Positions 19,691-29,966 of a stretch of 64,000 nucleotides of DNA are shown here, one piece after another (the first letter of the stretch is position 1; each line of letters starts with the position of its first letter). This DNA comes from a virus. Taxonomy: Duplodnaviria; Caudoviricetes. Location: IMG/VR virus record IMGVR_UViG_2859564202_000001. One strand, written 5' to 3'. The notes under the pieces are model-generated. The model worked only from the letters and a program-made list of their open reading frames with translations. It was not told the DNA's origin and ran no database searches. The translations under genes were made by a program, and so were the position numbers.

Positions 19691-21355
19691 ACATGATCTT
19701 CAGGACTGTTCGCAACACAATCCTCGGGGGCGAACCCCTGCTCACGCTTTCACGTGAGATGAGATTATATGTTCATCTTAAGTGCTTAATAACTTAATAA
19801 GTTTGTCGAGAATCCCAATCAATTGAATCTAAACAACCACCATCAAACCACGCTCGCGCATCACTTAATCGAGGATGTCTTCCCTCACCATCAATAGAAC
19901 TGCTGCCATCCCAAAAAACCAAATAATTCAACTTATTGATTCTTGCGGCCTCGCGCTTAGCCACATCAGTTTCGGTCCAGACACGAATGAAACTCCTATA
20001 TCTAGATTGACCGCCAAACTCCGATTCAAGTTCATCTGCTCTACCCATCCAAAATCTAACAAGACTCTGGTCACGCTCGTCAGATGAATCAAACCAGTGG
20101 TCATTATGACTACGATCCCCATTCAATTCGATGAACATATCTCGGGATTTGATGTAGTAGTCAACATGAAAAGGATAACGATCATCCACAACCACATTTC
20201 GAAGTACATCGTCCATGCCAAAACGATTTTGAAGCAAAACTTCTAAGGCGTCCTCTGGTTTTGAATCATTTAATGTACCGTTCAATCTGCGAGCTTCGAA
20301 AATCTTCTCCCGAATTTCAGGTACCAAAACACTATCCGGCGCACCATAAAGCGATGTCATAGTTTCTTGTCTAGACTTTCGAACTTTTTCCGCAACTTCT
20401 GGGATTTGAGTCGGATAATCAACACCATGGCGATCATTCATCGTAGCCCTAAGGGTATTTTGCATTCTCAATAATATGTCTGGATCTTGATTCGGGTGCT
20501 CTACTCCATAACGTTCAACCAACGTGGCTGTTCTTTTCTCCCGCCCACGCTCAACAGCAACCTCATTGACAAACCGATCAAAGGTCGATTTATCAAAAAC
20601 GTTATCGACTCCGTAGCGCTCCCTGACTGTAGCAATCTGCTTCAACTTCCAACACTCATCTCGCAAAACTCTATAGCGGGACTCACCCAGAATCGACCTG
20701 AATACCTTTGCGTAATCCCCGAATCCACAATCTAACGCCATAATTTTCTTCGATCTTCCAGCTTGGTATAGATCATCAAATTCACAACTCATCTCCCTAT
20801 AGGCAGCTTCTACTTCATCATGGTTAAATCGTTTCTCAATAAAACTAATCTGATAATTTTGCACATCAGCTTTACTAAACCGAGTGCCCTTAACCAAATT
20901 CTGTTTCAATACCGATTGAATAGATAATCCGGTATGAGTTTTGATGTAGTCACCAGGGAAACCACGGAGGTACAAATCTGTTGCCTGTTGAAGAATTGTC
21001 ATAAAAATATTCTACTAAATTAATGACATTACTATCGACAAACCTATTAAGTTATCAAACAACATAAGAGTTAGATTTTTCTTCTGCCATGAGCTTGCAG
21101 TTCTACTCCCCCACAAGGGGATAATCGTTGAACCTACCGCATGGTGTCACGCACTGTAGCGGTGTGGCTGCTAAAGACCCATTGTTACGTGATCTCTTAG
21201 GATTTAACCTTAAGACCATCTCTTCTTTTCTTTCCGCTTTCGCAACCATATCGGTATGAGTTTTCACTCTGCCGTTTCGGTAAGAAGAGCTTTAGGGATT
21301 CAAAGCAATTAACCTAAAAGTATGCGCTTGTCACCAAACGCACAGGGCCTTAGTT
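19691..21355 (-). mobile_element. Group I intron (about 1665 nt) in the Walker A codons, ORF in the P8 region; exact 3' splice site ambiguous
   Basis: P1 AGGGU/GCCCU with a U.G wobble at 21356. P3 UUAGGUU/AAUCUAA. P7 A(C)GAUUA (21128-21122) pairs with UAAUCU (19767-19762). P9-like hairpins precede exon 2. Removal restores TRAGKG-QTYIEP. Confidence 0.88.
19794..21002 (-). CDS. Group I intron-encoded putative homing endonuclease (EDxHD/Vsr-like)
   Basis: (E/D)R(Y/H)GV(D/E) repeats; VDYYIKSRDMFIELNGDRSH nuclease motif; TAGAAT-N6-ATG suggests a leaderless promoter. Confidence 0.8.
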   Translation of the reverse strand: MTILQQATDLYLRGFPGDYIKTHTGLSIQSVLKQNLVKGTRFSKADVQNYQISFIEKRFNHDEVEAAYREMSCEFDDLYQAGRSKKIMALDCGFGDYAKVFRSILGESRYRVLRDECWKLKQIATVRERYGVDNVFDKSTFDRFVNEVAVERGREKRTATLVERYGVEHPNQDPDILLRMQNTLRATMNDRHGVDYPTQIPEVAEKVRKSRQETMTSLYGAPDSVLVPEIREKIFEARRLNGTLNDSKPEDALEVLLQNRFGMDDVLRNVVVDDRYPFHVDYYIKSRDMFIELNGDRSHNDHWFDSSDERDQSLVRFWMGRADELESEFGGQSRYRSFIRVWTETDVAKREAARINKLNYLVFWDGSSSIDGEGRHPRLSDARAWFDGGCLDSIDWDSRQTY

Positions 21356-22597
21356 ACCCTTACCTGCACGAGTCATAGCCAACACCAGCGTATTCACCGG
21401 AGCTTCATCAACCACATAAGCACCAGCTGGTCGCTGCGGCTCATAATCGGGAAACTCCCAATCCTCATTGATGTGCTGCGCGACAGTATCTTGCTTACCA
21501 GTCTTGTCACGATTACTACCACCAGGATTCCACTCAATCTTTGCTGGATTAAAGAACCGTCGCAGCTCGGGAAGATTCGGGACATCTGATTTGTCAAAAA
21601 TCGCATGGCTAAATTCGTTGTCAATCATCGGCAAGCTCTTTGTGATCGGTTGTCCTGCACCGTCATAGAGCACTTCACCCTTTTCAGAGACAATTTCACC
21701 AGTGTCATTGTCGATAATTGTCTCCTGTGCAAACTGCGTTACATCCACCTTTTTCAAGCCCTTATTCGACAGCATCACATGGGAAATCATGCTTGAGGGC
21801 TGGACTGGTGAGTGTGCACCGACATCGGGGAACAGACTCAAATCGCGCACAATCTCCTGCGGAATCGCCAAACGTGCGTCATTGGTGTGCTGGTTAATAT
21901 CGGTGGTGTCCACAGCGACGTTTTGTGTTTCTAGCTGACGCATCATTGCTGCGCGTGACATCGCATACACACCCGCTGCAACCGCAATCACAAACGTCAC
22001 CCGAATAATGCCCACATGACCAAATAACAGCCAGCTACCCACCGAATTATCAATAGGTTCTGGTGCATCAAAGCCATGTTCTGCGAACACACTAGCTACA
22101 TAATCGGCGTACCACACTGGCTCTTTAGGCACGCTACGCGTACAGTCGCCAAAATTATTGCCAAATTCATCAAGCGGTTGGTAGCACGTGGTGTGAGCAC
22201 TACTGGTGCCGATTTGCTGTTCGACAGCAACATAATAGGGTCTCACACCAAGCTCATCAAAAAGCTCTTTGTCATTAGGTGAGCCAGTATTCATCATGGT
22301 CTGGATCAGCAGCCCGATACCGCCCCAGGCCAGCCACATCACAACCAGGACAAACACGCCCAGAATCGCAGCACCCACCTCAACCCACATCGGTGAGCGC
22401 ATTTCTCCGATTTCACCGCGTGCCAGTTGCTGCTCATTGTGTACGTCACGGTTGCGGGCTTTATCCGTCACCCGCTGTTTTCGCAGCTGATCAAAGGTCC
22501 GATCAGTCTGCTTTAGATCTTTGGTGCCACCACCTTTGAAGGCTTTGCCACCAGACACATTGTCATAATCGCGTTTACTTGAACCGAATAATGCCAT
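21356..22597 (-). CDS. VirD4-like gene exon 1 (two TM segments up to Walker A, NTLVLAMTRAGKG)
   Basis: ATG 22597 with GAAAGG RBS; two TM helices; ORF stops immediately after GKG. Confidence 0.88.
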
Positions 22598-22700
22598 TGC
22601 CCTTACCTTTCTGTTGTTTTTTCTATACAAATGCCCGCCACACAATCACTTATGTGGCGGGCATCAACCCAATCGCCTATACAGCCCGCGCAACGATCTT

Positions 22701-25196
22701 TTAGAAGAAGGCTGCGCCAGCGACCATGCCGGCAATCAGCCCCACAATGAGGACGGCAATCAAAATGATGTTGTTGCTGCGATCCTGCTGCTTGACTGAC
22801 TCAACAAACGTCATGGAGTTCGCCTCTGCTTGGGTGGCTCGATCGCGCTCAATAACAATCTCCGCCTCATGCGCCTCATTATTTACACGAATTTGCTCTT
22901 CCATGCGCTTGAGCGCCGCCTCAGCATCAAGACGTGCTGTGGTAATTTCCCGCTCAGCACGTTCCTCCGATGCAGCGACAATAGTGTCGCGACGCTTAAG
23001 CTCTGCTGCGAATTCCGCTTCCTGACGCTCAAGTGCCTTGCGCTGGGAGGCGATCATCTTATCGGTCTCGACGCGGATACCCTCGATGCGCTCTTCGGCT
23101 TCCTTGGTCAACTGTGCCACACGATTATCTGCAGCAAGCTTCTGCTCATTCACCGATGCCAAACGCAGGTCATCTTCGCGGTGATCAGCAATAAACTTGT
23201 CAAGATCAACAATGAAACCATCGAAAGCTGCTCGTTGCAGTTCTGCCTGGCGCTCCACAATCGGGCGCAATTCGTCAATAATGCGAGATTCTGCAGCGTT
23301 AGCCCGTTCACCAGCACGTGCACGACGCAGCGTGTTCATGCGTGCGGTGTAATCCTCAATGGTGCGATCCCGCAGGCTCGTCAGCTCTCGACCTACCGCT
23401 TCTAGTGATGCGGTATGGCGAGGCATATGACGGCGATCATACTCCACGCGCTGCTCCGCGATCTTTGCCATGACATATTCTTCACGGTTCGCCTCATACT
23501 CCTGCTGCAATTGCTGACGACGCTCTGACTCCACACGCTGTTGATCACCAGCCATAACATCGCGGTCACGCTCAATGGCACGGTAAACCTCGTAGAATTC
23601 GGAATCCTTATTATCCAGTCCAAGATCACGAGCGATCTCAAGATTAGAGCGATCATTAAGCGCAATGTACATCGCGCGCACTTCTTCGTAGTCACGCTGA
23701 TGCTGATCAAGCAGCTGACCATTAAACACAGCCACCAATGTACGAAGCTGATCACCTAACCACGGTGTAGTCTCCTGGAATTGCGGCATCGCCACCTGGA
23801 ACGGTGCCCTGGTCAAAGCATTATTGAAGTTTGCCTCATCGACATACAGCCCCAAGTCGTCATTAACATAACGTTTGGTGACAGCATCACCCACTTGATC
23901 GGCATCAAAGCTGCGGGCATCAGCTGCGTGCACCTGTGCCAATGCTGCCTGTGAATCCTGAACCGGATTGTAAGCCAGTGCTTGTGCAAGTTCTTCTCGC
24001 AAAGCATTAAGTTCTGAACCAGTCTTTGCTTGCACGGACTCAGACACACCACGAATCAGCGCCTGGATCTGCTCATCGGACATGCCGGCTACAGGTGCCG
24101 GTGCAGCAACAACATCGGATGCACCAAAATCTGGTTCATCATCACTGCCGAAAGGATCGTCTTCTGCTACATCACCAAAAGGATCTGCATCAGCTGTTGC
24201 TTCGACAACCTCCTCATCCTCTGGCTCAGTAACCTCGGCATCGTCAATACCAAATCCATCACTGAAATCCGGTACATCCACCTGTTCTGCTAGTGCGACA
24301 TCATCAGGGCTCTCAATAACCACTGTGTCATGGGACTCCTGTGCATCAACATCCACTACGTCTGCGCTGTGAAGCACCGGCTGTGGTGCCACATGATGCT
24401 TGCCCTGCAACTTGGTGAACACATGCACAATATTGTCAATGATCTCTGCACTGCTCGGATAGGAATCCACATCAAGCTTCTCGCGAATGAGGTCATCCGT
24501 GATAACTCCCGCTGCATTGACACCCTCAAGACCATAAGGCACGTCGCCATCTTCGTCATCAATATCCACCTCAGAGGTCTCATTCAGCACCTCTAGGAAG
24601 GTGGCAATGACCTCAAAATCAACCACGTCTTCGAGGTCAGCAGCACCGCTAAGCACATCGCCGACCTCGGAAAAAATGTCACCGCGTGCCGAAGCGCTAT
24701 TTTTCGCGGGCACCTTAAACACCACCAGCTCACCCGTGTCAGGTTCAATTGCAGCCACTCCGTAGTGCCAGCGTGCTTTGTTACGCAGTAAATCAAACTC
24801 ATCCATGCGATCGAAAGAATCTGCATCAGGAATGACACCAAGCACATCGCTGTCAAGAAGTTCTGGAGTGACAACGGAATGAATATCATCGTTGACCACC
24901 AGGTTGATGATCGTGCCTTTATCCTCGCGGTTCTTTTCCTTAGCGTTGAGCCCACCGAATTGTGAATCGTGAGTTGGCAACAGCATGACTACCCAACCGG
25001 TCTCACCTGGCAAAGCGAATGCGTCATTGCGACGCATGACCTCGACTGCAGCACCTGGTTCGGTTTCCTGAATGACTGAGGCGAGTCGTTCTTCTTTGCG
25101 CAGTGGCTTTACTGCTGCATCGCCAGAAACAGCCCCCTCCCCCACTCCATGAGAACCTTTCGCTTTGGTGAAGCGATTTTTCAATGAATCGAGCAT
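22701..25196 (-). CDS. Hypothetical acidic/coiled-coil protein with a C-terminal membrane anchor
   Basis: 831 aa ORF with a long E/R/Q helical region and a hydrophobic C-terminus. Confidence 0.75.
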   Translation of the reverse strand: MLDSLKNRFTKAKGSHGVGEGAVSGDAAVKPLRKEERLASVIQETEPGAAVEVMRRNDAFALPGETGWVVMLLPTHDSQFGGLNAKEKNREDKGTIINLVVNDDIHSVVTPELLDSDVLGVIPDADSFDRMDEFDLLRNKARWHYGVAAIEPDTGELVVFKVPAKNSASARGDIFSEVGDVLSGAADLEDVVDFEVIATFLEVLNETSEVDIDDEDGDVPYGLEGVNAAGVITDDLIREKLDVDSYPSSAEIIDNIVHVFTKLQGKHHVAPQPVLHSADVVDVDAQESHDTVVIESPDDVALAEQVDVPDFSDGFGIDDAEVTEPEDEEVVEATADADPFGDVAEDDPFGSDDEPDFGASDVVAAPAPVAGMSDEQIQALIRGVSESVQAKTGSELNALREELAQALAYNPVQDSQAALAQVHAADARSFDADQVGDAVTKRYVNDDLGLYVDEANFNNALTRAPFQVAMPQFQETTPWLGDQLRTLVAVFNGQLLDQHQRDYEEVRAMYIALNDRSNLEIARDLGLDNKDSEFYEVYRAIERDRDVMAGDQQRVESERRQQLQQEYEANREEYVMAKIAEQRVEYDRRHMPRHTASLEAVGRELTSLRDRTIEDYTARMNTLRRARAGERANAAESRIIDELRPIVERQAELQRAAFDGFIVDLDKFIADHREDDLRLASVNEQKLAADNRVAQLTKEAEERIEGIRVETDKMIASQRKALERQEAEFAAELKRRDTIVAASEERAEREITTARLDAEAALKRMEEQIRVNNEAHEAEIVIERDRATQAEANSMTFVESVKQQDRSNNIILIAVLIVGLIAGMVAGAAFF

Positions 25197-25242
25197 AACC
25201 CCTGCTTTCTGCTGTATTTCGAGAATCTACGTATTCGAAAAC

Positions 25243-25289
25243 TATTAAAGTCGCGTAATTAATATAACACTAATTACGCGACTTTAATA
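25243..25289. repeat. Perfect 19-bp inverted repeat
   Basis: tattaaagtcgcgtaatta-9 nt-taattacgcgactttaata. Confidence 0.85.
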
Positions 25290-25335
25290 TTGAGTTTCTT
25301 TATGTTTAAAACTTATTTAAGCGACCCCAGAGTAA

Positions 25336-27123
25336 TTAACCTTCGACACGCTTTATCACCACACGGGCCGTAGACACACGGTTAGTCTTATTACGCATCT
25401 GACCATCGACATCAACGTAAATGTCACGCACTTCTGGGTAGGTATTAATAAAGGTCGCCACTTCAGTGACCACTTCCCGCTGCAAAGACCGCACCGCACC
25501 ACGGGCACCACCAGATTCAGCACTTTCCTCCACCTGATCCACAAGCAGAAACTCCATAACCTTTTGTGAACAGTGCAGTTTCACGCCGTGGCGTTCATAG
25601 ACCTCAGTAGCCACATCCTGCAGCTTCTTGCTAATAATCCTGTCCTGTGTCGTCTCCGACAGCGGTTGAAAAGGCACAATTTCATCTACACGACCAAGAA
25701 GCTCAGGTGGAAAACCCTTATTCTTGATCGACGTGTGAATGTTTTTCACAAAGTCTTTGATCGCCCGACCATCGCCCGTGTCATCAGTGGCATAGTTCGA
25801 AATTGTCTCGAAAATCTCAGAACCAGCGTTAGTTGTCATGACGATATAGGTATTAAGAAAACTCACCTCACGGTTGTAATCGTCAGATAGTCGGCCATCA
25901 TCAAGTACCTGCAGTAACAACCGCGCAATAGCTCGATCAGCTTTCTCAACCTCATCGAGCAGGACAATAGCGTTACCCTGGTCAGCGACACGACGAGTGA
26001 GCTCAGACCTGAAAAGGTCAAGACTTGATTCTAAGGCGAACTCTGACATGTCAAAACGAATCAATCGCCCAGTGTCATCACCAAAGAGCACCCGTGCTAG
26101 TTGCTTGACCAGCTCTGTTTTACCGACACCAGTAGGCCCGGTGAACAAGAAGTTCGACAGTGGCCGTGATTTATCATGAAGATCCGCCACCACCAGCTGC
26201 AAACGACGTGCTACCACAGTGGTGGCAAGACTTTGCGCCATTACCTTCTCATCAAGCTTGTCTTTAATGCTCGTACCATCGACCTTGAATGCAATATCGA
26301 CACCAATAGCATCGTGGAGCACATCACCGAGCAGATCCATATCCATCGGCTTGCCGGAAAGTCGATGCCAACCAACCATCGCATCAAGGACACGAATGGA
26401 TTTACGAGGCTGGACAGAACTCGGCATAAAACGCTCAGTGGTGGAGTAAATCTGCTCAAAAACGTGGTCGTCATAGAACTGATCACTTACGCCATAACGA
26501 TCTGCCATACCACGCAAAATCGCCACAGTGGTCTTCTGATCGGTCGGCGTTAGTCGAATTTCCTGCAAACGCTCCGTCAATGCTTGGTTCGGCCTGATGT
26601 GTTCGTGAAATTCTTCGAGAGTTGTCGCAGCGATAACGCGCACACCAAGGACACCAGACATCGCCAAAATCGGCTTGATTGCCTCTACCGCAGCATTAGA
26701 CAGCTGCACAATTTGGTGAAACTCATCAACGAACAGCACCAATTCATGACCTTCGTGCTTGCGATAGGCAATGGCGTCCTCAAACACACCTTTAATACGC
26801 GCAGCCATTTGCGCCGGGGTGCTCAAATCCGCAACCATTTTCGCTACATCGACCTCGATGTAGTTACGCTCTGGATCTTTCACCAGTGCTTGCTGTACCA
26901 ACGTAGTTTTACCCGAACCAGCAGGACCCACAAGCATGACATTAGAAATCTCTGGACGCATCAGCGCGGCCATAATCTTATTGACTTCTTCTTCGCGCCC
27001 AATAATCTCACGCACCGGTACAGCAACAGGCGCTGCATACGAGCTCAAATAAGGGTACTTGTCTTCATCAATCTCACGATTAATCGACTCTCCCACCAAC
27101 GTACCCGCCACAACCTGGGTCAT
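25336..27123 (-). CDS. ClpB/ClpC-like double AAA+ ATPase lacking the N-domain
   Basis: IIGREEE, GPAGSGKT, LFVDEFH; second module GPTGVGKTE, RFDMSEF, LLDEVEKA, LLQVLDDGRL. Confidence 0.9.
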   Translation of the reverse strand: MTQVVAGTLVGESINREIDEDKYPYLSSYAAPVAVPVREIIGREEEVNKIMAALMRPEISNVMLVGPAGSGKTTLVQQALVKDPERNYIEVDVAKMVADLSTPAQMAARIKGVFEDAIAYRKHEGHELVLFVDEFHQIVQLSNAAVEAIKPILAMSGVLGVRVIAATTLEEFHEHIRPNQALTERLQEIRLTPTDQKTTVAILRGMADRYGVSDQFYDDHVFEQIYSTTERFMPSSVQPRKSIRVLDAMVGWHRLSGKPMDMDLLGDVLHDAIGVDIAFKVDGTSIKDKLDEKVMAQSLATTVVARRLQLVVADLHDKSRPLSNFLFTGPTGVGKTELVKQLARVLFGDDTGRLIRFDMSEFALESSLDLFRSELTRRVADQGNAIVLLDEVEKADRAIARLLLQVLDDGRLSDDYNREVSFLNTYIVMTTNAGSEIFETISNYATDDTGDGRAIKDFVKNIHTSIKNKGFPPELLGRVDEIVPFQPLSETTQDRIISKKLQDVATEVYERHGVKLHCSQKVMEFLLVDQVEESAESGGARGAVRSLQREVVTEVATFINTYPEVRDIYVDVDGQMRNKTNRVSTARVVIKRVEG

Positions 27124-27194
27124 CTTCCCACCTTTACAAAAAAGTTAATTGAATTTAATAATTAATTAAATACTACACTTTATTAACTAATTTG

Positions 27195-27818
27195 TTAATG
27201 CAGATTATCCCCGTAAATATTGTCCCAGTGCTCAACAAAAGACACCTCGGTCTGCTGTGCCGCACCCATAGCGGTGCGCCACTGCTCTTGTGACATATAC
27301 ACCCATGGACTGTCCATACATGGTGGATACGCCTTCATCCGCATAAGCCCAAAAGGGCCAACAATCATGGCTGCGGAAGTACCTAGACATAGACCAATAA
27401 GCACACCGATAAAACCACCGAGCATAAGCCCTAAAGCTGGCCCACCCACGATGAGTATGCACAAGCCAATAAACAACCCGACCATGAGCTTTTTCATCGC
27501 CTCAAAGGAATACACCCGCTTCATCACCCAGACGTAAGGCTGCGACTCATCTGGCTGATAATGCAAAAACTTCGTCGTGTCACCGCCCATGCCATCTGCA
27601 CCATCACCGAAATTCACCAACATCACCTCGGCCTCAATCTGATGAATACCTGCCGGCACACCCAATAGCGACGCTGCATCATCAAGGGTAACTAGTTCAG
27701 TGTTGTTAAGACCAAGACTATGAAACTGTGCTTCAAGCTCTGCAATTTTTCGATCATCCTGCGATTTAGACATCGCGGACACCCGCTGCCATATCAACGT
27801 GCACAACGCTGTCGTCAT
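27195..27818 (-). CDS. Hypothetical membrane protein
   Basis: Two Gly-rich TM helices; likely start is MSKSQ, coupled to the upstream stop. Confidence 0.65.
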   Translation of the reverse strand: MTTALCTLIWQRVSAMSKSQDDRKIAELEAQFHSLGLNNTELVTLDDAASLLGVPAGIHQIEAEVMLVNFGDGADGMGGDTTKFLHYQPDESQPYVWVMKRVYSFEAMKKLMVGLFIGLCILIVGGPALGLMLGGFIGVLIGLCLGTSAAMIVGPFGLMRMKAYPPCMDSPWVYMSQEQWRTAMGAAQQTEVSFVEHWDNIYGDNLH

Positions 27819-28881
27819 CTCTACAGCCAGCTATACTGCGGGTTTTCTCCGCATACGCCAACACATCGTCCACAGCGGAATTATCAACGGCACCAACTTT
27901 GCGCCCTTGTGCTTTCTTCGCACGCTGCTTGTCCCGCTTACAGTGAGTTTTCTGCTCCTGAGCAGCCTGTTTCTGCGCCACCAGTTCATCTACACGCGCT
28001 TGCTTCGCAGCCTTTTTCTCGGCCCGCCGTTGTGCTGCAGCAGCTTTCCCTGACTGCTCCGCTACAAATTCTTGAGCCTTACGCTTACGCTCAATCTCTT
28101 TATCGCGCTCAGCTTGGGTTCGCTTGCGTTGTGCATCGCGCTCCAACTGCTTAGCCGCGCTCGTTTTACGTCGAGCTTCTTGGCGGTGGTTCCACCAGCC
28201 GGCCACATCAATACCATCGGCTCGCCCAATAATGACGCGATCTTTTTTACGTGCGCTCGCCTGCACCACACCATGAGCGTGCACCGTGACACCCAATTTC
28301 TGAGCCACCACACATGCCCGACACTCACAGTCACGCAGACCAGAGCCATAATCCTCTAGTTGCGCTGGATCATTATGCAGCTCACGACCAAGCTTGTGGT
28401 GATAACGTCGCTGGGTTTCTACCAACATATGCTGACGCAAGGACGCGATATAGTTACCAACAGCAACAGCATCTGACGCAACTGGCTTTTTCGCTTTTTT
28501 CGCTTCTGCTCGGGCTGCAATATCCGAGGCAATATCGCACTTGATGCCCTCCCAGATCACTGAATCCATTTCGACAGGATCTGCTTCCTCGTAGACTGTG
28601 CCTGACATGCGCTGCTCATAGCGCAATAGCGCATACACCACCATGACGATGACAGTCACAAAAATCGGCACGTACAACAGTGGCAAGCCGGCGCCAATAA
28701 TAAACACCAGAACCGCGAGCGCACTAAGAATCCCGCTCACAATTATATGGATTACCCATCGAGACTCAGTGATCTCAGTAACGCTCACTCGGTGATCTGC
28801 GGCATCTCGGGTCACCTCACAACGAGTTGTGCGATTCCACGTGTGAAATATGATCTCATTCTCCGGCGTTCCCATTTTCAT
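27766..28881 (-). CDS. Hypothetical membrane protein with a basic coiled-coil tail
   Basis: Two TM helices, CECRAC motif and a K/R/Q-rich tail. Confidence 0.65.
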   Translation of the reverse strand: MKMGTPENEIIFHTWNRTTRCEVTRDAADHRVSVTEITESRWVIHIIVSGILSALAVLVFIIGAGLPLLYVPIFVTVIVMVVYALLRYEQRMSGTVYEEADPVEMDSVIWEGIKCDIASDIAARAEAKKAKKPVASDAVAVGNYIASLRQHMLVETQRRYHHKLGRELHNDPAQLEDYGSGLRDCECRACVVAQKLGVTVHAHGVVQASARKKDRVIIGRADGIDVAGWWNHRQEARRKTSAAKQLERDAQRKRTQAERDKEIERKRKAQEFVAEQSGKAAAAQRRAEKKAAKQARVDELVAQKQAAQEQKTHCKRDKQRAKKAQGRKVGAVDNSAVDDVLAYAEKTRSIAGCRDDDSVVHVDMAAGVRDV

Positions 28882-29027
28882 AACTGTCTACCTACTTTCC
28901 TGACGTGAAAAAATACTATATTTACCCCTCTGTAATATTAGTACTTTAAAAGTAGACTTTTATATAGCTAAAAATAAACAACAACCCCGCTCCCAGCACA
29001 GCTGAAAACGGGGTTGTTATAAAGCGC

Positions 29028-29876
29028 TTACGCTTCGTAGCCTTGGTCGTAGCTCTTATCTACAGACCGTGATTCTTGAGGTAGCGCTAATTGTTCAAGC
29101 TCGGATCGCTGTGGTTGACCAAGATTCGCAAACTGCGGAATCTCGGTGCTGATCTCACTATTAACCTGGTTGGCACTAAACCCCGATGCAGATGCCCCAG
29201 CGTTGCTGTAGTCATCGCCACCACCAAAGTAGTTTTGTGCTAGTCCTGCGAGACCGCCCGTCGCACCGCCAATACCAGCACCAGTGACACCGCCAAGCGT
29301 GGAGTAACCAAGACCACCTCCTTGAATAGCGCCCGACAAGGAATCAGCCAACCCCTCATGACCAGACTCAGCTAATTTATCGTGCACTTTATCCGCACCA
29401 AAACCGGCTGCACCGCTGGCCATCGCGGATTTAATCACACCCGGACCGCCGTCTTTGAGATACGATCCCAAGCCGCCTGCAATGGCAGAATAAGCACTAG
29501 CCTTCATCGAGCCACCCTCGGCCTGAATTGCATCATTGGCAAGCTTGGTGAACACACCAGCTCCGGCACCAGCGAGCCCTTTGCCGACCATGTTGCGGGC
29601 CTTCGAGGACAAACTTTGACCATCTTCAAAATCGCTATACGCAAGCCCTGCGCCTGTAGCAGCACCTGCCAAACCTGCACCCAGATTGCCGTATTGACCC
29701 ATGAAACCGCTGTTTTCTGATCCAGAATTCTGTGCGCTGTTGTTGACCTGTCCAAAACTCATCTGCTGATTCTGGGCCTGCTGATTATTCTGAGAGTTGC
29801 TGAGAAACTTATCTTTTGCCCATCCTGCTGCAACGGGGGCAACTGTGCCAGCAACCGCTAGAAGCGGAAATGCCAT
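29028..29876 (-). CDS. Gly/Ala-rich hypothetical protein
   Basis: AGGAGA RBS; glycine-zipper-like segments. Confidence 0.65.
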   Translation of the reverse strand: MAFPLLAVAGTVAPVAAGWAKDKFLSNSQNNQQAQNQQMSFGQVNNSAQNSGSENSGFMGQYGNLGAGLAGAATGAGLAYSDFEDGQSLSSKARNMVGKGLAGAGAGVFTKLANDAIQAEGGSMKASAYSAIAGGLGSYLKDGGPGVIKSAMASGAAGFGADKVHDKLAESGHEGLADSLSGAIQGGGLGYSTLGGVTGAGIGGATGGLAGLAQNYFGGGDDYSNAGASASGFSANQVNSEISTEIPQFANLGQPQRSELEQLALPQESRSVDKSYDQGYEA

Positions 29877-29966
29877 ATCAATCTTCTCCTACATTGTGCT
29901 GTTCATGATCTGAGACAAACACCCCAACAATCAAAAAGTTTGTTGGGGTGTGGTGTATTGCGCCTT

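Noticed and set aside
10432-22645. Reading the T4CP pieces as a pseudogene broken by IS elements
   Set aside because: There is no transposase, terminal inverted repeat or target duplication. Ribozyme and intein signatures are intact and frames rejoin.
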